Source of the DNA: Eledone cirrhosa
Lineage: Eukaryota
Assembly: GCA_964016885.1 (NCBI GenBank)
Contig: OZ024740.1
Location: 285,014,001 to 285,078,000 of the forward strand
DNA: 64,000 nt
Direction: 5' to 3'
The notes beneath the pieces were generated by a model, which was not told the DNA's origin, made no database searches, and saw only the letters and a list, made by a program, of their open reading frames with translations. The stretch's first letter is position 1. Every line of letters starts with the position of its first letter. This document shows positions 1-12,249 of the stretch, in pieces. The translations under genes were made by a program, and so were the position numbers.

Positions 1-205
1 GATGCTGCTATGCCAGTCCTTCGGAACAACCCCATTCTGTACGACTTGGTTAACTATCCGGGTGACCATGGTGTGTCCCACCGTGCCAGATGCTTTCAGC
101 ATCTCAGCAACTATTTCCGAAGGCCCAGCCGCCTTACCCGTCTTCATATCCTTGATTGCCTTACTTATTATACTACCCTCGACTAACACTGCTGGTCCCT
201 CTATT

Positions 206-207
<2 letters not shown>
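1..207 (-). mobile_element. RTE-clade LINE fragment (start of reverse transcriptase region)
   Basis: Minus strand translates ...SKAIKDMKTGKAAGPSEIVAEMLKASG...VVQNGVVPKDW, the typical KAxGPxxI..E..K / P.DW motif preceding non-LTR RT; abuts a (TA)n tract. Confidence 0.8.
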
Positions 208-241
<34 letters not shown>

Positions 242-770
242 CCTATATGTACAAACATTATATATATATATATATTATGTATGTATCAAGAGTAATTCTT
301 GAGTGGAGTAGTAGTATGAAGTTAATTATATTTTCTTATCTATCAAATGAGAGGTATTATTGTTGACTTGCCTTATCTGAACAGATCAAAAGCTCAAGTA
401 AATTTGGACTACTTTCAGTCAACCATTCATTCTTTCATTCAAACTCTCTGAGCTGCCCATGTCCATTGATCACATGCTGGTTGTAAACCTTCTAAAAATA
501 TTTCCTAATAAATTCACTATCCCAGCTCCACAGTTCTATGTTAGTTGTTAGGCATTTATTAATGTATTCTCTTCACGTTTTTATTTTTTAATATAATCAT
601 TGTCAATGTCTTTGGTTTATTCATATCATATATATATATATATGTGTATTGGGATTTTGTATTTCTAAAGAAATATGGTATGTTTATAAAAAACATTTAG
701 AAAGCCGTAGCTATGCAAAAAGACTGGCAGCTATCACCACCTGGCGGTATTCAGCAGATGCAGGGGTGAC

Positions 771-816
771 AATCGTCTATGCATTTCAAACTGAACTGGT
801 TCTCATCAGGATGATT
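771..816 (-). ncRNA. Type I hammerhead ribozyme motif (minimal, palindromic helix III)
   Basis: Minus strand reads aatcatc CTGATGA gaac-cagttca-gttt GAAA tgca TA gacgatt: intact core, helices I and II, palindromic ATGCAT helix III. Confidence 0.8.
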
Positions 817-1112
817 CCTCCTGTTCTTGCAACTGCTGGACTTTGAAAACAGGCGAGAATATATAGTTTTCTCGTCTGTGTAAATGAGGTGATTAATCTC
901 ATTTGCATATGAAGCTGTATAAGTTGGCTCAACTTATAATAGAATTGAATTAGAATTTAGCTTCGAGCATAGCTGTATACAGATATGTATTGGAATTTCG
1001 TATTTCTAAAGAAATTCGGTATGTTTATAAATAAACATTTAGAAAGCAGTAGCTATGCAAAAACACTGGCAGTTATCGCCACCTGGCGGTGTCCAGCAGA
1101 TGCAAGGGACAC

Positions 1113-1158
1113 AATTGTTGATGCATTTCAAACTGAACTGGTTCTCATCAGAACGATC
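1113..1158 (-). ncRNA. Type I hammerhead ribozyme motif (second tandem copy)
   Basis: Minus strand reads gatcgtt CTGATGA gaac-cagttca-gttt GAAA tgca TC aacaatt. Confidence 0.8.
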
Positions 1159-1221
1159 CTGCCCGCTCTTGCAACTGCTGGACTTTGAAAACTGTGATTG
1201 GAAAAGGTTTATATCATTAGC

Positions 1222-1447
1222 AGTCTTCCTCTCAATTTATCCTGTACATCTTCTACAAGCAAAGTTCTCTCTTCCTGTTAGTCTACTCGTTATCCCACTA
1301 CATCTTTTGTGTACCCCAAATTTACATTGTGTATATTGTATGGAGTTTATGCCTACTCCTCTTCTGCATATTGAGCATGGCCACTTCCCTGAGGGAATAT
1401 GGGTCCAGTCTTCTCTCCTACTCACTAGCACATTAGTTTTGGTTACG
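1222..1447 (-). mobile_element. RTE LINE fragment (PHD-like zinc finger segment)
   Basis: GKWPCSICRRGVGINSIQ..CKFGVHKRCSG..FACRRC, homologous to the ORF at 41549-42328. Confidence 0.75.
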
Positions 1448-1869
1448 TTTAAGAAGTGCGCTAGCAGCCAAAGTGTACAATGATGTTATATCTGTATACA
1501 TAAAGTGTGGGTAATCGAGACTGCACCAATATATATATACACATATTCAATATGTAAGCATGTAAACATGTCAGAAAATATAGATTTCCTTGTAAATTGA
1601 AAAAAATTATAAACACCTTTAATCAATTTTTAGACCTAACTGGGCCCTCATCAGGTGTGTATATCATTCAAACAACTACAAGGAAACATATATTTGACAG
1701 GCTTATATACCTGTTCACTCTTAGTATTATTCTGAAATGGATGTACTAATTTTTATATAATTAGTGCGCAAGTTAGTTTTACAAGAGATAGAAAATGAAG
1801 ATCTCAAACCAGCTAAATATACAACTAAAGAACAAGAAGGAATCCCATTTGAAAGCAGGCACTGTTTGA

Positions 1870-3575
1870 AATTGAAACTGAACTCAGAATTTTACATGAA
1901 ATACAGAAAGGGAAGTAAGGGTTATAGAAAATATAAAAATAAACCAGAAGGCCTTCTTTAAATTTGCAAAAGATATTTCTTCAGTACATTACAGGATAGA
2001 GCCACTTTCCATAAAAATGGCTCACTGATCACAGACCACCAAAGGACTGAATGAGCAATATAGTGTTTTCATATCCCCAATGCAGCACAGGCAAATAAAT
2101 AAGCCAGATGAGTCCTTTGACAATACAGTGCTACATGGAGAAATGGCAACAGTCAACTACATAGATATGAAGGAGGAAGATGAAATGAGACCAAAATCAG
2201 CTGCTGGCCCCGATAGATTCCCAGCAATCCTCCTAAAAGCATGCAAATGAATCTTAGTAAAACCACTGCAGATCCTTTCAAAATTTCCCTTGCAAGGGGC
2301 AAATTATCTGAAAAACTAAAAGATAACACAATATGTCATATCTATAAAGGTGGAAACAGAGCAGATGCTAAAAGCTACAAACCTGTCTCCTTCACTGCAC
2401 ATATCAGCAAAGTCATGGAACTAATCTTCTGAAGGAAACTAGAAGAAAATGGCTTACTAACTGACACCAAACATGGCTTTGACTAGGAAGAAGCTGCCTT
2501 ACACAGCTCTTATAGTATTATGACTGGGTACTGAAACAGCTGCTAGAGTGTTCAAACATGGATGGGATATATCTCAACTTTGCAAAGGCTTTTGATAAGG
2601 TTGATCATGGAATATGTCTCAGACTAGGTCGTTTTGGTATAGTTGGAAAATAAGGTGAAAGAGAATGTCAATAACAAGTAGTGTGCTACCACAAACGTGT
2701 CCTAGTACAGACAGCTTCTCTCATTAAAAATACTGATAATATGAAAGTAACACAGGCAATCAAGAATCCAGCTGATGCTATTCTCTTACAAGATTTGGAT
2801 GCCATATACAAATGGGCTGAAGACAACATGCAGTTTAATGCCAAAAAATGTCAAGCCCTCTGCTATCAACCTGCAAATACAAGGCCACTACAACAAAGCT
2901 ACACTGGACCAGGAGCAATCAAAAACCCAAAGTTGAAATCAATACGGAACCTTGGTATTGAGATAAGCAGTGATGCATCGTTTCATGTACACATCACCAA
3001 AATGGTGGCAATGAGCAGACAACTGGTTGGTATCTGAGGACCATCAGGACAAGTGACCAGGAAATCATATTGGACCTCTGGAGAACATTTATCCTCAGCT
3101 GATGGGGCTATTGCTCACAGCTGTGGTTACCCCAGTGTCAAACTAACCACAGAACATCAAGCAATCCAATGAAGATTACTTCATCGAAGGAGATGAGCTA
3201 CTGGGAAAGGCTAAAACTAAAGCTCTACTCCTTGGAACGAAGACGGGAGAGATACACAATGATATACATATGGAAGATCCTGGAAGGACTCGTTGGCACT
3301 GAGAGATGGACCAACCCTCAATCAGGACGCCACTCTGTCATGCCAAAGATCACATCCTTCACATTTAAAGTAAGAACCAGATACAATAGCCTGGGGCTCA
3401 GGAACTCTGCTATTTGATAAGCTGCCAAAAAAACAAAGATCTACATGATGTGGATATAGATGTTTTCAAGAAACATCTCGACATTCTGCTAACCAAGATA
3501 CCAGATGAACCCACAGCATGAGACAAAGTACCAGTAAGGGCAGCAGCGACAAACTCCTCTTTATATCAAGGGCCA
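1870..3575 (+). mobile_element. Degraded CR1/L2-group LINE (RT and C-terminal region)
   Basis: Fragments AAGPD.FP, YKPVSFT.HISKVME, F.KAFDKVDH, LQDLDAIYKWA..MQFN.KKC, RNLGI and LYSLERRRERY.MIYIWKILEG, with many stops and frameshifts. Confidence 0.8.
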
Positions 3576-4174
3576 ACCAAGGAAGGTTGGTTGGCTATAG
3601 AAATTGTAGCGACGATGGCAATGCTCCAGCATGGCCTCAGTCAGTCAGCTGGAACAGGTAAATGTAAAAGTAAATATATATATAATCATTATTAACACAG
3701 ATTGAAAGTTTAAGCAAACAATTTCTGCTTTAACCCTAAAGCAGGAACTTCTTTAAGGTGAAAGCAAAATTTGTTTGCTTAAACTTTTAATCGGTGCTGA
3801 TAAATATTTGCTCTACAAGGTTTTATGTATACTATCATCATCATTTAATGTCTGCTTTACCTGCTAGCAATGGCTGGACAAGTCTACAGAAACCAAATCA
3901 GTACTGAAGCAGGGCCACTAACCTACCAGACAGGCCGAAGAGTTTGTATCCTGCTTATTTACAGTCATATTAAGTGCAGACGAAAAACTGTCTTTTGACA
4001 CAAACTGAACGGTCTTCTTGTTTAGCAAGCTCTCTATGGCTGGATGCCCTTCCTAACAACAACCATTTTACAGTAGCAAAATATGGTCACCTGACTTGGC
4101 ATTGCCCACAACAGGACAACTCGTCTAACCCATGCTAGCGTGGAAGAATGGACGTAAAACGGTGATGATAATGA

Positions 4175-4224
<50 letters not shown>

Positions 4225-4296
4225 TAGGTAGTACAGTGAAGTACTGATGTTGGTACCAAATCAAGCACTCTATGCACAGGCAAAGCGTATATAATA

Positions 4297-5230
4297 GAAA
4301 AAACGAAGAAGTTTCCTTTACATATGAAAAATATTTATTGCGTATCGACCTGTTTCGCAGAGGATTGGCTGAAGGTGATCGATAGGAGTTACGACCTGAT
4401 CCAGTATCGATCTACTCCTCAGACTGGTGATGTGACAAAAGATATATTTTTGTTTTGGTTTGTGGACCGAGAATATATATATATAGGCATTGGCCCTATT
4501 TTTTTTATGTGCGTGGACGTATGTGTATATCCTGGTGTAATTTGTGGGGTGGCAATGCAGTGTATGTTCACCGGTATTCATGTGCGTATTTGCATGGGCG
4601 CGCAAGCAATTAAGGATTTGTGTGTGTGTGTGTGTGCACATGTCTGGCGCGTTTTGGAATGTGTATTGATCAGTCAAAGACTTGTTTTGGTGTAAACAAG
4701 AAGCAGGGTGTGCACACGCGGGTGGATGGGTGGGTGCGTTTTGGAATGTGTATTGGTCGGTCAAAGACTTGTTTTGATGTAAATAAGGAAGCAGGGGTTT
4801 GTGGGGTGTGCGATGCATGGACGACCCGTTGGGAGTTTATCGTATCAGTAAAGACATTTCATATTTTTGTCAAAGAATTTTAAAAAAAGGATTGTGGATA
4901 AGAAGAAATAATTGTAGGATGTATAGAATCAACAACATAGACAGGCAGGCATACAGACAAACATGGACGCGTGTATACCCACATGTACACCAAGATTCAT
5001 GAGCCTTTGCAAAAAAATAGGGCCAATGCCTATATATATACATTCTCGGTCCACAAACCACAACAAAAATATATCTTTTGTTGCATCACCAGTCTAAGGA
5101 GCAGATCGATACTGGAGTCGGGTCCATAAATCCTATGGGTCACCTTGAGCCAATCCTCTGCGAAGCGTGCGTAACAGGTCGCTACACAATAAATATTTTT
5201 CACATGCAAACAAAACTTCCTCGTTTTTTT
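4297..5230. mobile_element. Fold-back element with ~210-bp imperfect inverted arms (4297-4506 / 5011-5230) containing decayed hammerhead-like motifs; probable Penelope-type remnant
   Basis: The arms are diverged reverse complements (tttgtggaccgagaat..ggcattggccctattttt / aaaatagggccaatgcc..attctcggtccacaaa); a related single copy lies at 14305-14426. Confidence 0.6.
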
Positions 5231-5232
5231 AA

Positions 5233-5336
<104 letters not shown>

Positions 5337-5627
5337 CAATAAATGATATTCCACTCTTCTGGAATGTGGTGTTTTAAATAATAATTTTGTAAATTTATAG
5401 ATATATATATGATGATGATGATATATAACCCTTACCGAGTCCTCTCCGGATTTTTGTCTTTCTATTTATTATAACTGTGTGTGTGTGTAGTTGTTATAAT
5501 AAATAGAAATACCCAAATCCAGAGAGAACTCGAAAAGGGTTATATATATATAGAAGGATTATATATATATGTTGATTTAAAACTTCACTATTCACAAGTG
5601 TTGTTTAAGCTTCATATCATGTATCCT

Positions 5628-5698
5628 TATTTTATCTGATGAAAACGCAGATATCATCCCATGATGATATTTGTTTTTGAAATGCGCATAATAAAATA
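5628..5698 (+). ncRNA. Type I hammerhead ribozyme motif (long helix II, palindromic helix III)
   Basis: tattttat CTGATGA aaacgcagatatcatc-ccat-gatgatatttgttttt GAAA tgcgca TA ataaaata; helix I is a perfect 8 bp. Confidence 0.8.
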
Positions 5699-5885
5699 CT
5701 TGGAACTCTTTTAACCATCTTTTGATCTTATATTATATATATATATATATATAAATGTCTCATTCTGACGTCACTAGCCCTGTCTCCATGTGTGTTTATT
5801 AATTCAATTCCACACGAGGTTTGACTAGCCTGCTTTTAAATTCCCCTCTGGCATATTTTAGCTATGGCCTTAGTTAACGTGTTGA

Positions 5886-5966
5886 GCACTACTGACGAAC
5901 GACTCCAACCGTGACTAACCCCACTGAAAAGGTTCGTGAAATAGTCTTTTTAAGACTATATAGTGT
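5886..5966 (+). ncRNA. Type I hammerhead ribozyme motif with stable helix III
   Basis: cacta CTGACGA acga...tcgt GAAA tagtctt-ttt-aagacta TA tagtg; all three helices pair. Confidence 0.75.
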
Positions 5967-6179
5967 ATTTGTAGATTTTTCCAAATTTTATTTTGAGTTA
6001 AGATTCTATTGGTTTTTTCCCCGGATTACACTAAATCTGTGGATAAAATTTCTGGTCTTGACTTGTTTTGAATTGAGATTAAATTATTTTCCCATATCTT
6101 ACGTTAAATATTTTTCATCTTGACGTAATAGTCACTTATATGTCTGAATTACTGTTGGCTTCTTGCTTACATTAATTTC

Positions 6180-6368
6180 TCGGTGGATTGGCAGTATCGG
6201 TAGAGGATCGGACGCCATGCTTTGACGCATAGAGTTACGGCCCTTGCCATTCTGAGTTCAAATCCCGCCAAGGTTAACTTTGCCTTTCATCCTTACGGGG
6301 TCGATAAAATAAAGTACCAGTAATGTACTGAGTAATTGCTGGCCTTATGCCAATAGTAGAAACAATTA
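6180..6368 (+). mobile_element. tRNA-derived SINE, family A (~190 bp; most abundant repeat in the window)
   Basis: A-box-like tggcagtatcgg, B-box gagttcaaatccc, core gcctttcatccttacggggtcgataaaataaagtaccag, (ATT) tail. Further full or partial copies at ~10535-10700, 14795-15073, 16740-16890, 42500-42648, 44803-45232, 47890-48025, 48578-48694 and 59068-59125. Confidence 0.85.
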
Positions 6369-6684
6369 ATTTCTCTATTTTCATTTATATATATATATAT
6401 ATATGTGTGTGTGTATGTGTGTATGTGTGTGTGTATACAGTATATATATATATATATGTTTATGTGTGTGTATATATATATATATATATATACAGTATAT
6501 ATATATATATATGTATATATCATCATCATCGTTTAACGTCCATTTTCCACGCTAGCATGGGTCTGGACGGGTATATATATGTATATATGTGTATATATGT
6601 ATATATATGTATATATATATATTTATACAGTATATATATATATATATATGTGTATATATATATATATATGTGTGTATATATATA

Positions 6685-6777
<93 letters not shown>

Positions 6778-6798
6778 GTGTATATATATATATATATG

Positions 6799-6979
<181 letters not shown>

Positions 6980-7006
6980 ATATATATATATATATGTGTA
7001 TATATA

Positions 7007-7057
<51 letters not shown>

Positions 7058-7164
7058 ATATATATATATATGTGTGTGTATATATATATATATGTGTGTG
7101 TATATATATATATGTGTGTGTATATATATATATATGTGTGTGTATATATATATATATGTGTGTG

Positions 7165-7199
<35 letters not shown>

Positions 7200-7200
7200 A

Positions 7201-7250
<50 letters not shown>

Positions 7251-7312
7251 TATATGTATTCTTTGCTTAAACTTTAATCAGTTATTTTAATAAATATATA
7301 TATATATATATA

Positions 7313-7815
7313 TATTCAGAGCCATCCTCAGCATTCTCGTGTAGCACCCATCCACCATCTGAGTGAGTCTCTTGGTCAGTGTCCAAGTCTCAGACCCATA
7401 CAGCAGCACAGACTCCACTACAGCAATGAAGAGGCGGATTTTCAGGTCTCTACGAAGGTCCGACTTCCACACCGATCTCAAGCTGTGACACATTAATCAG
7501 TATACACTGAGGATGAAAAACTCAGAGCTGTATGGGAGCATCCCAAAAGTCAGCTCAAAAGTGACACAGAGGAGACTGAGGTTGGCTGGACATGCTCACC
7601 GACATCCAGAGTTGACATTGCACTCAGTGCTCCTTTGGGAGCCCCTACATGGACACACTAGAAGAGGAAGACCAAGGTTAACATATGTTGATGCCCTAAG
7701 GACAGACACTGGTCTGTTGGAGATGCAGGATATGGCAGCGATAATGAGGGACAGAGACCGCTGGAGAGAACTCGTCCATGGATCTCGGGAATTTTACCCG
7801 CCTTAGATAGATAGA
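7313..7815 (+). mobile_element. 5'-truncated RTE LINE with inverted 5' part; (TAGA)n tail
   Basis: Minus strand 7313-7490 encodes ..ESVLLYGSETWTLT..DGCYTRMLRMALN; plus strand 7491-7806 continues INQYTLRMKNSELYG..RRLRLAGH..RGRP..DRDRW. Confidence 0.85.
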
Positions 7816-7838
7816 TATATATATATATATATAGATAG

Positions 7839-8058
<220 letters not shown>

Positions 8059-8059
8059 G

Positions 8060-8118
<59 letters not shown>

Positions 8119-8119
8119 G

Positions 8120-8857
<738 letters not shown>

Positions 8858-8870
8858 TTATATATATATG

Positions 8871-9046
<176 letters not shown>

Positions 9047-9094
9047 TATATGTGTATATATATATATATATATATGTGTATATATATATATATA

Positions 9095-9154
<60 letters not shown>

Positions 9155-9192
9155 TATATATATATATATATATATGTGTATATATATATATA

Positions 9193-9225
<33 letters not shown>

Positions 9226-9244
9226 GTGTATATATATATATATA

Positions 9245-9409
<165 letters not shown>

Positions 9410-12207
9410 CAAAATGCTTTTCTGAAATATTCTTTAATATTGCAATATTAAAAGAATATATCCTTCTGAAAGAATCGCGAGCAATTTATAATTTTATCTA
9501 AGCATTTGTAGTGTTATTTATGTATATATTTAAAACATATTTGTTATGTTATTCTACTGTAAATTTATTTATATGCTTTAAAACATATTTGCAACATATA
9601 CAATTATACAATTCTATTTTTCTTTTAAAAAGTTTTCAACCGAAAATTTCTACTTTCATTGTCAGTGAAACGGAGAAATGATTTTGTGAGTATATGAGAG
9701 AAAAAAAATCAAAACAATGACATGAGAAATACACGTGTATGATTTAAAATAATCATAGACTGTATAGATATAAAATCATTTACTGTACGTGAAAAATTGA
9801 CGTGCATAAGGGAGGGAAAGGGGGTGCGAGATAAGGCCAATTAGTTGTAAACCATAATTAATATTCAAATTACTAATCCTGAAAAGAACCTAATACATTA
9901 TGTTTATGTTTTATTAAATTAGCAAACCTTGAAAAGATGTATAATAAACCAGATTAGTATTAGGTTATAGATTGATTAAATATAGCTTAAAAACACAAAT
10001 GAAAAATTACTTTCTTTGTTAACTATACCATTATTTATAAGCAACTAAACTCCACCTGGCCGGTGAGCCAGCCAACATTAGCCCATTCAAGTGAACCAGG
10101 ACATTAGTCTTTATCATCTTTTCAGACATTCAATTGTCAATTTAAAAACAAAGGGACATTTGAAGGATTTGTACTTGTCTTGAAAAAGCACCTGAAGACA
10201 CTAAAAACACCCTTGTGTACTATTTATTGTTCTGAACATGTTTTTCTTTACCTTTTCTTAAGTCCAATTATAAACAAAATCTACCAGTAGATAGGTGGCA
10301 TGGTAAAGTCTGAGAACAAACAGGTGTGAGACAAAAGTGTAATAAATAAAAAGTAAAAAAAAAAAAATACTTGTAAGTAGGATTACTTTACTAAGAGTTT
10401 TGAAAGTAATATATGAAATATTTCTTGAGTTACAGAAATGATACAGTATGTAGTTTTATCTGTAGTGTGCATGCTGTGTTCAAACACTGCTGGAAGTCGA
10501 GTTTGCCTTTCATCATTTGTTTTGATAAAAATAATTATAATTGTTTCTACTATTGGCACAAGGCCAGCAATTATCCCAGTGTATTACTGGTACTTTATTT
10601 TATAGACCCCGTAAGGATGAAAGGCAAAGTTAACCTCGGCGGGATTTGAACTCAGACCATAAAGGGCCGTATGGTCTGAGTTCAAATCCCGCCGAGGGAT
10701 TGATAAAAATAATTATAATGCCAGCAGTATACTAGTCCAATTCAATCAAATATAATCTTTTATTAGAAATGGGTGGCCTTGTATCAATGTACACAAAGCA
10801 GCAAGTTGCTTTATGACATCTAGTTTAGTGCCCTCTTGTACTGAGTTAAAGTCTCAAGGTATCAAATTATATCAGAACATGAATTATATATGCTTCCCTA
10901 CAGATATTGGCATTATGGCTGCTGATCTAGAAAAATAATTGTTATTTATCAATTTATGCATCTATTTAAAAAACGCCTTTCAATTTTGATTTCAAGGAAT
11001 TCTAAACAACTAAAACTACAAAAAAAAAAATCTTCAATTTTTTTTTCTTTTCTTTTGCAGCATTCAAACATAGTCTCAGTTTGGGGATAACCCATGAGTT
11101 GTAGTTGCTTTCTCCCCTCCCTTTCTCTCTTTCAGCAGCCATGGATGCTCTGCAAAAAGTTTACGGCCACTACTTTCCCTCATAAAAAATAAATGGAAAA
11201 CTTCGTAAGGACTCCTTCTTATGGCATATCTAAACCAACAAACATTAAAAAAACAAAATAAATGTCACCTAACACCTAAAAAGCCCCTGTCAGCTTTGGT
11301 TTTACGATGAGAAGTGGATGTATGCAACGTTTCTAAATGAGTTAGAATTGTTACCAACAGTCAAAAGAACAGACAATATGGGGGTAGATGCACTTTACCA
11401 AGAAACACAACAAAACCGCAACAGTAGATTTGAACTAATAATGTTCCATGAGTCAGTTGTCAAATACCTTACGCACCCAGCCATTCTATCTCAAAACATA
11501 CATTAGGACTACATTAATTGCGTCATAAGCTGAAAATACAATTATCATTGGTTTATGGATGGATTGGATAAATAAACAATACAATATCTTTAGATACGAC
11601 TATAATTTAACAGTGTGCATTTAGCGTGTATACTTGCAATCCTTATATCTCCATATTAATTGGTTTTATCTCTGTGCACAAATGTCACAAATATCTCTGT
11701 ATATGTATTTGGTCTCCGAATGGATTTGAACTATGTATGGACTTATATTTCGTTACACCCCTTTCTCTTCTGATTTCGAATTCCGCCCAGACCCAAATAA
11801 GTTCTGGGGTCGGTGTAATTTTCAGTAAATGGTCCACACAATTCACAAAGAAAACTTAATGGACCACCGAATGTACATTTATTTTTTACTGTATTTATGC
11901 AACACAGTAGAGCATAAAACACGTGGACAACCAAAAGATACTGACCGGTGGCAATTGACAGAATGGGAGCTGAGGATGGTCATAGTCCAATGATTGAAAT
12001 TGGTAAAAGAATATTGTTTTTATCTACAGTACCCGGTCTATTGGATTAGTTTAGGAATAACGTATTTGTTTGTGATTTTATGTTGATATATTTCTATTTT
12101 ACTACAAAGATTCCATATTACTTATATTTATTTCCAAGTTAGGTCTAAATTCAAACGCCAAAACAACGAGCACCAAACAAGATACTTTCATCTTTACCGA
12201 CTCTGTA

Positions 12208-12249
<42 letters not shown>

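Larger units (their letters stand above)
644..1192 (-). repeat. Direct tandem repeat (~205-bp copies at 644-850 and 984-1192, period ~342 bp), each copy carrying a hammerhead motif; retrozyme/Penelope pLTR-like
   Basis: The two segments align by eye from gtattgg..tttctaaagaaat to gcaactgctggactttgaaaac. Confidence 0.8.

Noticed and set aside
11962-12010. CTGAGGA...GAAA hammerhead-like string, also a possible plus-strand ATG exon (MGAEDGHSPMIEI)
   Set aside because: Helix I does not pair; the donor GTAAAA is weak and there is no further exon evidence
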